Assembly: GCA_951406725.2 (NCBI GenBank)
Contig: OX597815.1
Location: forward strand, 157,728,001 to 157,792,000
DNA: 64,000 nucleotides
Reading direction: 5' to 3'
From: Octopus vulgaris
Lineage: Eukaryota
Positions within the stretch are counted from its first letter, which is position 1. Each line of letters starts with the position of its first letter. A program made the position numbers and the translations under genes. Below the pieces are notes generated by a model. That model saw only the letters and a program-made list of their open reading frames with translations. It did no database searches and was not told the DNA's origin. Positions 1 to 12,849 of the stretch are shown piece by piece.

Positions 1-905
1 AGAGAAAGAATACTGAAACGATAGTTGACCAAATTCGGTAGAAAATCAATGTGTGGTCAATCACCAATTCTTTCCAAAATCTGGAACGATGTAGAAAGCA
101 AAATTTAGCTTGAGTACCGAATCTGGTTAAGGTCTACCTAAGATATAATACAAATATAAATTATTTATAGATTTTCAAGTGTTGATTAAAATTCAATTTA
201 ACCTACAAATAGGCCATGTTTCGTGATCCACCGGATCATTACGATATTATAAAAATTTCATCCCTCTGTGGAGGTTGTATTTGGTGTTTCCTGTTGTCCA
301 CACCAGGACTGTGGGAGATTGTGATCTCAGCATTGTAGACACACGAAATACCAAATACTTAAAAAGGCGGTCGAGTGAAAAAAACACTAGACTCAATGAC
401 TTGCTTTCACCCTTTCGGGATGGATAAAATGAAGTAACACTCAAGTACTGGAGCTGATATAATCGAATGTTCTTTTCCTCAAATTTAAGGCCTTGTACTT
501 GCGTAAGAAATCAATATTTGATTTCATTCCTCTAAGTTCTGAATCCATATTCTGCCTGAACTGACTTTGCCGTTTTATCGTTCCGGAATCGATATAAGCT
601 AGATACCTACAATGCACTAGCATACTTTAATCGATTATACACCTCCCACAATAATTGTGTTGTCTTGTGTCACTAATTTGCAAGGCTAGGTAGGATCATT
701 AACAAAATGAAATGTCTGCAGCAGAGTAGCATCGGTAACAGAAAAGAAATTAGTCACTTTTCGACAACTACATCTGCAGCCTAAACCTCGTGGACCATCA
801 AATTAATATAAACAACTATTACATTGAGATATTTAGCTTCCATTTAAATAAAACGCTGTTACTATTATAGTTAGCTTCAATTTAGAAACCATTCATCTGT
901 ATGTA

Positions 906-1845
906 TTGGGTTGGCAACTAAGTTACCGCGGTTTGTTTAAATTTTGGAATTTATTGCGTTTTTAAATTTGGGAATCTATTTTTTTCGAGAATTCTATTTT
1001 TGAATCATTTTGGAGTCTATTTTTTTTTGTTCTAGTTAATATTAGTTAATTTTTGTTTATTTTCATATCATTAAAATGGAATGTCAAGTTAAGAAAAACG
1101 AGCATTTTCGACACCTCCTTCTTTTTGCTTTTAATCAAGGTTCTAAGGCCGCAAAAGCTGCTCGCGACAGTTGTACTGTGTATGGAGATGATGCCATAGC
1201 TGAAAGAACAGCTCGTGATTGGTATGCCAAGTCCAAAAATGGAAATTTTGACCTCAAAGTCGCACCTCGTTCTGGTCGTCCAGTTGAGTTCGATGAAGAG
1301 CGATTAAACCAACTTTTGCACGAAAATTCTCGTCAAACGACAATGGAACTGGCAGAGAAAATGTAATACTCCCACACTGCTATAGAGAAGCATCTTCACT
1401 CGATGGGAAAGGTTCAGAAGTATGGAGCATGGTTCTGCAGGCTTTTAGTAGCAACAACAAAAATCAACGAGCCACAATCTCCGCTGGTTTGTTTGCTCGT
1501 CACTGCTCAACTCATGGACACAAGCAACGATTTCTTTACCGAACCGTTACTTGCAACGTAAAATGGTGCCCGTACATCAATATAAAGCTGCGTAAGGAAT
1601 GGCTTAGCCCTGGCAAACAAGCGACACCGCGTGTGAAACAAGATCTTCATCCGCGTAAAACGATGTTGTGCGTATGGTGGGACTGGGAAGGAATTATCCA
1701 TTACGAATTGCTTGAACGGAACTAAACGGTCAACTCGGAACTCTATGTTCAACAGATGGAACGACTCAACATGGCTATTCAAGAGAAAAGATATAATCGG
1801 CAGCATGGAGTTCTTCTACTGCACGACAACGCCCTCCCTCATATC
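906..1845 (+). mobile_element. Mariner (DD34D, mellifera-like) transposon, 3'-truncated, transposase pseudogene
   Basis: TA then ITR TTGGGTTGGCAACTAAGT at 906. ORF 1076-1366 has HFRHLLLFAF...RSGRP. Continuation 1429-1725 has KWCPY...KTMLCVWWDWEGIIHYELL, and HDNALPH near 1822-1842. Stops/frameshifts present; no right ITR. Confidence 0.92.
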
Positions 1846-3247
1846 TCAAGGTTATTTGATCTCGACATAGAGACAACGACCTGTTATCGTTAATTAACTT
1901 CTTATCGAGATTTTCAGACACTATTTACTCATGAATTTGCCGTTGAGTTAAAATTCTCCAATAAGTATCTCTTGAAGATGACTTATTCTAGATACTACGC
2001 TTTATGATATTAACAAGTTAAGGTTGAATTATTGATATAGACATTTGAAGAAATTAAGTCAAATAACATCCACTCTGTTAACGAAATATGATACAATTAA
2101 CAACCACAATTTAGGAGGAATTCAAATCTCTTTCACAGAGTTTCGACTTAACAGTATTAGGCAATAGTCCACCATTATACGCAAGAGTTTTCATATTTAC
2201 CCATCACGTCGACTTAATTCATATTTTAGGACACTTGTCGCAACGGCCGTGTATATATAATTGTTGTCTTACTTTGCTTTTTTCCTTCCTAATCAGTTAA
2301 TTAGATTTTAGTATCGTAGAATACAGATGTATACGCCAGGTGATCTGAAGCTTCTTGATAAAGGCACGAGTTTGTCGAAAGGCACGAGTCTAGTTCAAAT
2401 CTCACAACATTGATTTTTGTATTCGTCCGGTAATATTAACAATGGCTTATTAAAGCGATGATTATAGAGCTTACATATCACTTCACGGACAGAATACTAG
2501 ATTTTCATCTCCAAGGAAACCAAATGCCTACTTCTGGCAGATAAATGAAGTTATACGTTTTAAAATCGAAGCCTTTGATTGGAATCAGAGGGAAACACTC
2601 GATGAGGACATGAACAGGTAGTTAAGTTATCAGTAAACTATGTTATTCACTTGGTTTTTCTTTTCTGAGAAAGCAATGAACAGCACAACACTTTACTTCC
2701 TTTTCTTGTTGATCTTGATATTTAAATCTCAAATCTGTCTTGCAACGTCAGCCGTATGTAACTCGCTTTCAAAATCTACTGAGAATTAATGATATATATG
2801 ACATGCTCAATCAGTTTTACTTAAACTGAATATATACACTTCATGAAGATGAAACATTATAGTGGTGCTCTGACTGCTCAATGATCTGAAGGGACCCCAG
2901 AAATAATTTATTTATTTTATGACCTGAAAAACAAAAACAATACCTACAGGGAACATCAAAAGTTTTGTGAAAATAATTGACTAAATCAGTACTTACTGGA
3001 GAGTGAACAGATCTATCAGCTCAAAATTCTCTGTCATTTCATACATAGCTGCTTGTTTTGGATCTGCGATTGGATCAATTTGGGCACTTAGACGACGCCT
3101 TTTCTGATAAAATTGTGAAAATGGATTAGAGCAAATTAGAGATTTTTCAAAGTATATAATACAATTATCTCTAAACTAAGGACACCAAACTTGCAAAACC
3201 TCAGTATACTTAACCTTAACACCACCACCATTAGTTAGTTTCTGCAG

Positions 3248-3445
3248 GGCGGCGAGTTGGTAGAACCGTTAGGCCAATTGGGAAAATTTATTAGCGGTAT
3301 TTCCTCTTGCTTCTTTCGGTCTTGGTTCAAATTCCGTCGAGGTCGACGTGACATTTTTTTATCCTTCGCAACTGGAGTCAATGTAATAGACTTACCTCCT
3401 CCCTTCAAATTTCTGATCTAATATCGAAAACTGAAAACGTTATTT
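3248..3445 (+). mobile_element. SINE family A, old diverged copy
   Basis: GGCGGCGAGTTGGTAGAA head, GGTTCAAATTCC B-box, GAGGTCGAC body. Confidence 0.7.
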
Positions 3446-3534
3446 AGCCTTGTATGTTTTGAGTTCAAGTCTAGCCCAAGACATAAATTTTATCGTTCAT
3501 GTATAATAGTATATATCTCTTTCTCTTTTCTCTT

Positions 3535-3741
3535 TCTTTCTTTTACTTGTTTCAGTCATGTGACTGTGGCCATGCTGGAGTACTGCCTTTTTTAGTCGAT
3601 CAAATCGACCCCAGGACTTATTCTTTGTAAGCCTAGTACATATTTTATCGGTCTCTTTTTTGCCGAACCGCTAAGTTACGGGGACGTAAACACACCAGCA
3701 TCGGTTGTCAAGCGATGTTGGGGGACAAACACAGACACGCA

Positions 3742-3817
<76 letters not shown>

Positions 3818-3956
3818 CATATAGGATGGGCTCCTTTCAGTTTCCGTCTACCAAATCCACTCACAAGGCTTTGGTCGGCCCGAGGCTATAGTAGAAGACA
3901 CTTACCCAAGGTGCCACGCAATGGGACTGAACCCGGAACCATGTGGTTCGTAAGCA
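3535..3956 (-). mobile_element. SINE family B (tRNA head, CORE-like CCTTGGGCAAGT, internal microsatellite, CR1-like tail)
   Basis: Reverse complement of the copy at 11055-11463; internal (CA)n(TA)n. Confidence 0.88.
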
Positions 3957-4399
3957 ATGCTTATAAAATATATATGCTCATAAAATATATAATACCGAAC
4001 ATTTAAATACAAAATATTGGATGAGGTATAAATAATAATAGGGAAGATTTTGAGAGAAATTATTAAGATTAAGCAAAACATTCTTGAAGACTATTTAGCA
4101 ATTACTTAATTCTTTGTCACATTATAATGCATGAAGATGGGGCGACTGATTTTAAACAATCTCTTGAATTCACCCCTTACAAATTTGATATTTTGTGCTG
4201 CTCAGTTACTGCACCAAGCCGACGACAGAGTCCCTTAATAGTCGCTCGACCGGCTACAAATAACAACCCTGAATTCCTCTTTACTGTCTTAGAAACAGGC
4301 ACATTAGATAAGTAAGTCTGGTGGACATAATACCCGAGAAAAAGATGGTTGGTTGAAATGTTCGAAAATTATATTCTGAATTTATTATTAACACAATAG

Positions 4400-4905
4400 T
4401 TTATTTAGCTTGGTGATACTTCACCCTCAGCAAAAACATAAAGCTGAAACTTTTAAAACCCTAGTCTAGCTAATAACATTGTATGGATGTGAAACACTGA
4501 CCCCTAAGGGTGGCTAACACTAAACGAAGTAAGGCCGTTCAAGATTATATGCTATAAGTGAGCGATGCTGATCAGAGCGATGTTGGGCAATCCGTAGAAC
4601 GAACGATTTAGGTTTGGAAGAGATAGAAATTGAGAGAAAGTCGGTGATGATAGCCACATGACGAAAACTGCAACATTTTGGCCATGTTATCAGGATTCTG
4701 GACTTCTGTGCTTACATGTTTCGGAAACGAATCGACAGAAAGCAGGCTGGCTCGCAGGTGACAATAAAGAAGACAGCGATGACATCAAGGACTGGATGGA
4801 AAGGACCCTGGCGGAATGTACGGCTGCAAAACAAGACCGCAGTGTGTGAAACGGAGTGGTGATTGTGTCTGAGGCATCCCACAGGCCCTCAGTCACGATG
4901 AAAAG
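4400..4905 (+). pseudogene. Highly decayed RTE-clade LINE 3' fragment
   Basis: LYGCETL at ~4479-4499; DDIKDWMERTLAECTAAKQDRSV at ~4778-4846, typical of the RTE C-terminus. Confidence 0.6.
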
Positions 4906-5489
4906 AAAATTCCTTCCTTCAGTCAAATTCTTTTTTATAATAACTTTTTCACAGAAAATATTTATTGTTTGAACTTTTTATTTTAAAAAATGAACAAAAA
5001 TCACAGTGAGAGAGCAAAAAGAATTTAATTGGTTAAAATGTCGGCATAAATTATTTTATTTATATTCTGAGTTTTGATCTGTAAGAGCTGCAAATGTCAT
5101 TGGCGCTGCTTTCCCACTATGTAATACATTCTATTCCTCTCCCCTACATTACACGGCATATTGTATTTCCCTTCCCCCGACTAAATAATAAATTCTTTTA
5201 TTACTTTCAGTCAGCACCCTTGGCGCTGTAGCAGATGAAAAGCATTTCGCCCACAGTTTACCCTAAACGGCTAACAACTTTTCCAATAACAATATGTTTT
5301 ATGAAGACCACATTAGTAACTGTTCTTTTAAGTCTTAATAAGTTGTTAGCCACCTGCATATAAAGCAAATTCATGCATGCATGAATTTACTGCTCCTATG
5401 TATAGAATCCATAACGTGGTATTTCCATTTAATTGAAGGATGAAGCTACATGGAAAAGACTTGCATAATGTGTCGGAATATATTTCCGC

Positions 5490-6520
5490 CAATGTTGCTA
5501 CAGCGTCGGATAGGATGCTCCACGGTATTTGTTTTGATTCTCTGCGCTCTGAGTTCAATCGCCTTCAAAGTCAACTTTATCTTTCATCCTTTCGGAGTCA
5601 ATAAAATAAGTACCAGATGAGCATTGGAGTCGACACAGTCGACTTACCCCCCCACCTAATTGTTGGTCTTGTGCTAAAATTTAAAACCAATATTATTTTT
5701 AAATATAGAGCAGCAAAATGTCAGAATCGTTACCGCACCGGGCATAATGCTTAGCGGCATTTCGTCCATCTACACGTTCTGAGTTCAAATTCCGCTGAGG
5801 GTCACTTTTGCCTTTCATCCTTTCGGGCTCGATAAAATAAATGCTAGTTGAGCATTAGGGTCCATGTAATCGACTTAACTACCACCTACCGAAATTGCTA
5901 GCTTTGTGCTAAAATTCGGAACCATCTTAAAATTCGGAACCATTTTAAAATTCGGAACCATTCGGAAATATTTTAAAATATTTTAAATTCGTATTAGTCC
6001 CACAATAAAGAACTAATGAAGTAATGAATCGTTGAACTAGTTGAGTATTCCACAGGTGCAACTTAACGTTCCGTCGTAATCAGCATGACACAGTGTGAGC
6101 GGAAGCTAGATATTTGATTTGCGGGTACAACCCATCTGACGTACTTTCAGATTCCTTCTACTCAATTACACTCACGAAGTATGAATTGACTCGAGGCTTA
6201 GAGAGAACAACATCTGCCATGTGGTGATAGAATCAAACCCAGGAATTTGTGATTTCGAAGCGAACTTCTTAGCCATTCTTTCCAACTGCATCTAATTCTC
6301 GAAGTTGGATTTCATGAATTATGAAAATGGAACGAGCTGGCAGAACCGACAGAGGGTCGGTAAAGCTGCATTGCAGTATTTCTTCCAACATTTTATGTTC
6401 TGAGTTCAAATCCCGGCGGGATCAACTCTATCTTTTATCATTCCGAGGCCGATACAATAGAGTTGCAACCACGTACTGTATCCCTTAAAAGTGCTGGCCT
6501 AATGACAAAGTAAGAAACCC
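5490..6520 (+). repeat. Cluster of old SINE A copies (~5490-5690, 5708-5925, 6330-6520), a decayed minus-strand SINE B (~6140-6285) and an 18-bp tandem repeat AAAATTCGGAACCATYTT x3 (~5911-5962)
   Basis: Recurrent GAGTTCAAAT B-box, CCTTTCATCCTTTCGG body and CTTGTGCTAAAATT tail. Confidence 0.7.
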
Positions 6521-6692
6521 AAAATTATGAACATCGAAGACGTTCTAGATTGGAAGGTAAGGTTGAACAGCGGACGATATACACACTACAGTACATTTAA
6601 TTTTCACCAACCACATTTAAATTCAAATCTCACCAGATTCTATGTTCGACTTCTGAAGTAAATAAAATAAATACAATATAATGGATCTGACG

Positions 6693-6781
<89 letters not shown>

Positions 6782-6783
<2 letters not shown>

Positions 6784-8357
6784 CTGGGTGTATCAGTAAA
6801 ATTGTCCAAATTTTACTTTCAGCATCGAACCTTTGTATCTCAGGAATGCTTAAAGATAACTTAATGGAATTATTAGAAGTTTTTCTAACACTATTTGACT
6901 CTACTTTGAGGAAGGAAAAATATTCATTACCCTCCAAGCTTACCAGAAGAATCATGATGAAGTTGATCATGGACAAAAATGACATTTTCATAAATAATTA
7001 ACCACAGCTCAGGATTCAGAACTCATAAGGGATTGAAATAAAGTTCAAATGGAAGCTTTTAGTTTTATTTCAAAGTGCTAAAGAAAATTCTGGCCGAAAT
7101 TCTTTCTGTTAGGTATCAAGAGTTGCTTCTCTTTTGGCAATGACTTCCTCAAATCTCTTCCTGACTGCACCATAAGCTTCTTTAATAAATTCCTCATCAA
7201 TGTCTTCCTCCCACGTCCTACGGATGGAGTTTTGAGGGCTTGCACGTTACTGTGGGGCTTTTCACAAGCTTTTCTGACCAGTTCATTCCATATACTGAAG
7301 TCTAAAGCGTTCAAATCAGGTGATGAAGAAGGCCAAGTGTTCTTATCCCCAAACCTGTTCCCAAACTTATCCCTGACAAACTTTTGAGTCACTGCATTTG
7401 TGTAACAAGGAGCACCATCTTTCTGGAATGTAAACTTGAAGTTCTTAGCGATTTTGTTGAGATTACCCTCGTCGCTTGCCTCAGGATATTCAGAAAGAAT
7501 CCAGGTCTCTACATCGGTCAAAACCTAAACATAATAAATTTCTGTCAGTCTCTCAGCCTTCTCAAAGATAATCAATGGTATTTTATTGCCATCAAAGGCC
7601 ACACAGGCGAAAATCATCACCTTGACAGGGATTTTTGCACCTGCAAATGACATTTTAGGCTCTTTCGTTAAGAGGTGAAGCCAGAACGCAGCTATTGCGT
7701 ATGGTTTTGTGCGTATCGAGGGAAGGGGGGATTCTTTTCAGCTGTGTAAAAGATCCCTTCAGGGTTATGTTTCACTTTGTTCAGGATGATCTTTACCCTC
7801 TCCCACCTTCTAACCTTTTGTCCTGGAGTAACAAGGTGCCTCACAAGTCTCAGTACGATTTTATTTTCAAGTCTTCTGTCATTGCTCTTGGAACTTTCGT
7901 CGCCGAAACTCCATTATTACGTGCCAGACGTCTTATGAATTGAGTTGTATCTCTTCTGATTGATTTCTTCAGCTCCAGATTGAAATGATGATTCCTCTTA
8001 TAGTTATGAGCTCCTGATCCAGTTTTTCTTTCCACTATTTCCTCTTTGTCAAACGTATTCACAATTCATTTGGTGGTTCTTAAGTGAACTTTGAAGAGAT
8101 TGAAGCCAGAGAATTATCTTAGCCATTTCAACGTTGCTCATTTGTGAAGACATGGTGAGGCTGGAACAAAACGATTTCAGCGTGTACTCTTTCGAACTAA
8201 ATATCTCAACGGCTATTTCACTGATTCTTACAAAACTGGTGTCAGAATGGCCAGATGTCTTATTTAGAAAAATGGAAAATTGCAAATCGATTCGTTTATT
8301 TGTTTTAAGAAATTTAAAGAATTTGTGAGCATGACAATTTTGCTGTTACACCAGGAA
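6782..8357 (-). mobile_element. Tc1/mariner maT (DD37D)-like transposon, decayed
   Basis: Imperfect TIRs CTGGGTGTATCAGTAAAATTGTC / GACAATTTTGCTGTTACACCAGG. Minus-strand FQKDGAPCYT...WPSSSPDLNALDFSIW (7078-7521). HTH-region fragments RKTGSG...SIRRDTTQFIRRLAR (7850-8062). Confidence 0.85.
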
Positions 8358-8442
8358 TACACATACACACACGCACACACACATACATATATTATGAACA
8401 AACTTTGGAATGCGTATATACATATGCACACACGCACAGATA

Positions 8443-8496
<54 letters not shown>

Positions 8497-8513
8497 GCAC
8501 GCATATTTATGCA

Positions 8514-8576
<63 letters not shown>

Positions 8577-8681
8577 ATGTATTTATATATACACACATAC
8601 TTATATACCAGAACCGTTGGCACGCCGGGTAAACTTCCACCTCCCCTTTAAAACCGGTGACCTTGTGCTAAAATTTGAAAC

Positions 8682-8747
<66 letters not shown>

Positions 8748-9190
8748 AAATCCGTTCTGTTTCTCTGTGTGTGTGTTTTCTGGGATCTCGAGCATTCTCC
8801 ATCTGATTGCGGTATCAGGGCGTGCATAAGTCTTGAAAAAATTACAAAAATCGATTCCCGGTGAGAATGTGATATATAAAGTCGTGGGAACGTGCATTTG
8901 TACGCGCAAGTACATAAGTTGTTGCGATGTACTTACTGATACTTTAAACTCTTCGGTTGCATATTTGTGCGAATAAAATCGTTTTTCTTTGGAATAGAAA
9001 AAAAGTCTATCTACTTCTTCTTTTGCTGGTGTCTCAAATTTAGGTTAAATCAGTGTTTCTCAAAGGGGAGGCCCATGAGATGGTCGGACAAGTTGTTTTG
9101 AGAAAATTTGGTTTAAATGTTTGACAACTCAGCACCGTCCATTGGACGGGAGCGTTTTGCTCGCATACATACATACATACATACATACAT

Positions 9191-9281
<91 letters not shown>

Positions 9282-9358
9282 AATAAATATTATTTTTTAG
9301 GGAATAATAATTCCGGCATAACAGAGGTTCAAATTATTCTCAATGAAGAAATATATTT

Positions 9359-9608
9359 TAATTTAGAGATGGTAGACTCCTACATCTCACCAAATAAAAA
9401 GAATTTTAATTTTAAATACCTACTGTATTATTACTTGGCAACACGTGTTTCATGAGGTACATCCTTGGGTTCCACGGAGTGGTTTAGGAACCCGAGGATG
9501 TACCTCATGAAACACGTGTTGCCAAGTACCAAGTAATAATACAGTAGGTATTTAAAATAAAAATTATTTTTATTTGGTGAGATGTAGGGGTCTACCATCT
9601 CTAAATTA
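9359..9608. mobile_element. Fold-back element (~115-bp arms, 13-bp spacer) with degenerate hammerhead motif, PLE-like
   Basis: 9359-9473 is the near-perfect reverse complement of 9487-9608; CCGAGGA...GAAACACGTGTT in the right arm. Confidence 0.75.
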
Positions 9609-9637
<29 letters not shown>

Positions 9638-9640
<3 letters not shown>

Positions 9641-9752
9641 AATATATTATGTGACAATTATTCGGTTGCCATAATAAAACTCCAAATAATTGTCACATAT
9701 ATTACAAATAAATTCCTCTATTTACATAATATCGAGGTCTCTTTCATTCTTA
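9638..9752. repeat. Short fold-back remnant of the same family as 37861-38246
   Basis: ATGTGACAATTATTCGG..GCCA..ATAAAACTCC shared with 37942-37976; internal inverted ATGTGACAATTATT/AATAATTGTCACAT. Confidence 0.7.
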
Positions 9753-9758
9753 TTCATA

Positions 9759-9815
<57 letters not shown>

Positions 9816-9816
<1 letters not shown>

Positions 9817-10321
9817 TAGCAGTATCGCCCGGCGTTGCTCGGGTTTGTAAGGGAAATAACTATATAAGCATTTTTAGAGAGTTACTTCCCTTATAAATTC
9901 GGGCTTTCTTAGCCATTTTTGTTTTGGTGTCTTCAAGCCATGAAGTCGTTGTTCTAAAAGAACGCTGGTTTCCTTCACAACGCATTACGACGTTGATTTC
10001 TTTACACTCCCTTCCCCACAGCTTCACGAGGGAGGGAAGGGGGAGAAGCAAACAGGTGCAGCTGTGAGCGTGGACGCCAACTCCGCCGCCATCGACATAC
10101 GATGCATTTTATGCATTAAAATGAAATAAAAAATGATGTTAAATTATTTTTAAAATCGTAGACTCATCGTTGACGCGCGCTAATAGTCAGACGGGCTCGA
10201 TATGAATCACGACTATAAGATACCCGAATTTGGTTAAACTGCACCGCAAAATGTGGGAGGAGTTAGGAATCTAAATCGAAGGGGACAGACACTCACACAA
10301 CTAGAGTTTTATATATATAGA
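9816..10321 (-). mobile_element. Non-autonomous Helitron
   Basis: On the minus strand: A^TC start at 10321, subterminal hairpin CCCGAGC-AAC-GCCGGG, CTAG^T end at 9816; inserted in (TA)n. Confidence 0.8.
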
Positions 10322-10433
10322 TATATATAAATACTTTGTGAGTGAAATTAGGATGAAATTGTATGGTATTTCAACCAACGCTCTACCGGTTGTGTTTCTT
10401 ATACCCCTGATAAATTGATATTAATTTCTATTA

Positions 10434-11015
10434 AGGCGGCGAGATGTCAGAATCGTACCGCACCGGGCAAAATGCTTAACGGTATTTCGAAATAAAATAT
10501 TTCGAAATAAAAAGGCGGCGAGCTGGCAGAAACGTTAGCACGCCGGGCGAAATGCGTAGCCGTATTTTGTCTGTTGTTACGTTGTGAGTTCAAATTCCGA
10601 CGAGGTCGACTTAGCCTTTCATCCTTTCGGGGTCGATAAATTAAGTACCAGATACGCACTGGGGTCGATGTAATCGACTTAATACCTATGTCTGTCCTTG
10701 TTTGTCCCCTCTGTGTTTAGCCCCTTGTGGGTAATAAAGAAATAGAAATAGGTATTTCGAAATAAAATATTTCGAAATAAAAAGGCGGCGAGCTGGCAGA
10801 AACGTTAGCACGCCGGGTGAAATGCGTAGCCGTATTTCGTCTGTCGTTACGTTGTGAGTTCAAATTCCGCCGAGGTCGACTTAGCCTTTCATCCTTTCGG
10901 GGTCGATTGAATAAGTACCAGTTACGCACTGAGGTCGATATAATCGACTTAATCCGTTCGTCTGTCTTTGTTTGTCCTCTCTGTGTTTAGCCCCTTTGTG
11001 GGTAGTAAAGAAATA
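10434..11015 (+). mobile_element. SINE A nest: old head plus two young full copies (10513-10750, 10783-11015)
   Basis: A-box TGGCAGAAACGTTAG, B-box GAGTTCAAATTCC, tail ...GCCCCTTGTGGGTAATAAAGAAATAG; duplicated flank GGTATTTCGAAATAAAATATTTCGAAATAAAA. Confidence 0.9.
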
Positions 11016-11054
11016 GGTATTTCGAAATATTGATATCCACAGTTGATATCCACA

Positions 11055-11463
11055 GGCGCAGGAGTGGCTGTGTGGTAAGTAGCTTGCTAACCAACCACAT
11101 GGTTCCGGGTTCAGTCCCACTGCGTGGCATCTTGGGCAAGTGTCTTCTGCTATAGCCCCGGGCCGACCAATGCCTTGTGAGTGGATTTGGTAGACGGAAA
11201 CTGAAAGAAGCCTGTCGTATATATGTATATATATATAAGTGTGTGTGTATATGTTTGTGTGTCTGTGTTTGTCCCCCTAGCATTGCTTGACAACCGATGC
11301 TGGTGTGTTTACGTCCCCGTCACTTAGCGGTTCGGCAAAAGAGACCGATAGAATAAGTACTGGGCTTACAAATAATAAGTCCCGGGGTCGATTTGCTCGA
11401 CTAAAGGCGGTGCTCCAGCATGGCCGCAGTCAAATGACTGAAACAAGTAAAAGAGTAAAAGAG
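11055..11463 (+). mobile_element. SINE family B, full length
   Basis: A-box TGGCTGTGTGGTAAG, B-box GGTTCAGTCCC, CORE-like CTTGGGCAAGTGTCTT, internal (TA)/(TG) tract, tail GGCGGTGCTCCAGCATGGCCGCAGTCAAATGACTGAAAC, terminal (GTAAAAGA) repeats. Confidence 0.92.
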
Positions 11464-11629
11464 TTGTCATTTACCTTCTGGGCGATTCGTTTCACCTGGT
11501 ATATTGTGATTTTCGATACTCTACGACGTTTCCCAGGGCGAAGTATTGCAGACGAAAAGTGTTTAAACAAGGCGCATGCATTAAGTATGTGGCATCGATA
11601 ACGTTTACATTATTAGAGGTGATTCCTTA

Positions 11630-12290
11630 AGGCGGCGAGCTGGCAGAAACGTTAGCACGCCGGGTGAAATGCGTAGCCGTATTTCGCTTGCCGTTACATT
11701 CTGAGTTCAAATTCCACCGAGGTCGACTTTGCCTTTCAACCTTTCGGGGTCGATTGAATAAGTACCAGTTGCGCACTGGGGGCGATATAACGACTTAATC
11801 CGTTTGTCTGTCCTTGTTTGTCCCCTCTGTGTTTAGCCCCTTGTGGGTAGTAAAGAAATAGATAACGTTTACATTATTAGAGGTGATTCCTTAAGGCGGC
11901 GAGCTGGCACAAACGTTAGCACGCCGGGCGAAATGCGTAGCCGTATTTCGTCTGCCGTTACGTTCTGAGTTCAAATTCCGCCGAGGTCGACTTTGCCTTT
12001 CAACCATTCGAGGCCGATTAAATAAGTACCAGTTGCGCACTGGGGTCGATATAATCGACTTAATCCGTTTGTCTGCCCTTGTTTGTCCTTTCTATGTTTA
12101 GCCCCTTGTGGGCAATAAAGAAATAAGAATCGTTAGCACGCCACGTAATATTCTCAACGAGATTTCGTTCGTCTGTTGTTCTGAGTTTAAATTCCACTGA
12201 GGCCGACTTTTCCTTCCTTTATATCTTACGAAGTCAATAAATAAGTGGTAATCGACACATCCTTCCCCGAAATTGAAAATTTGAAACCAA
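11630..12290 (+). mobile_element. SINE A array: two young copies (11630-11860, 11894-12125) plus an old host copy
   Basis: 32-bp duplication GATAACGTTTACATTATTAGAGGTGATTCCTT flanks the first copy; the second copy is followed by GAATCGTTAGCACGCC of an older copy. Confidence 0.9.
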
Positions 12291-12295
12291 TGTTG

Positions 12296-12506
12296 ATTTC
12301 AAATTTTGACATAAAACCAGCTATCTCTGGGTAGGGGATGAGTCGATTACATCGCTCCCAGTGTTCAACTGCCACTTATTTTATCGGCCCCAAAACGATT
12401 AAAGGCAAAATCGACCTCGGCGGAATTTGAAGTGAGGACGTGTGGACGGATGAGATGCCGCGAGGTAATTTTCCCCGGCGTGCTAACGATTCTGCCATTT
12501 CGCCGC
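12296..12506 (-). mobile_element. SINE A, old copy
   Basis: Reverse complement of head and body (AAAGGCAAAATCGACCTCGGCGGAATTTGAA; TGCTAACGATTCTGCC). Confidence 0.8.
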
Positions 12507-12849
12507 TTGGAAACCAATTCTAATTTTTCTTGGCTTATAAAATTTGGAAAATACTGTTAGATGGAAAAGGTAGATTTGAACTCAGAAATGTTATATCACG
12601 AATAAGTTTAGAAATCCTTATTACTTATCGAAAATCGTAGGAAAGTAGTACTAACCCCATACATGGTGCTGTAAAATAATACATGATACGAATCCCGTAT
12701 AATTCATTAAAATATAATATTCAACAAACAATAAACTCATTAACCAAGGTATCCCTTCGGGAACAAGATGTCAAACTGAAGCCTTCCGGAACAAATGTCG
12801 AGGAAATTTCTCATGAACTCATTTTGTTCATTAAAAATTAATGATAAGA

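Noticed and set aside
1-700. Possible LINE relic or exon (CRYLAYIDSG on minus strand)
   Set aside because: A single weak motif; cannot be supported without a search
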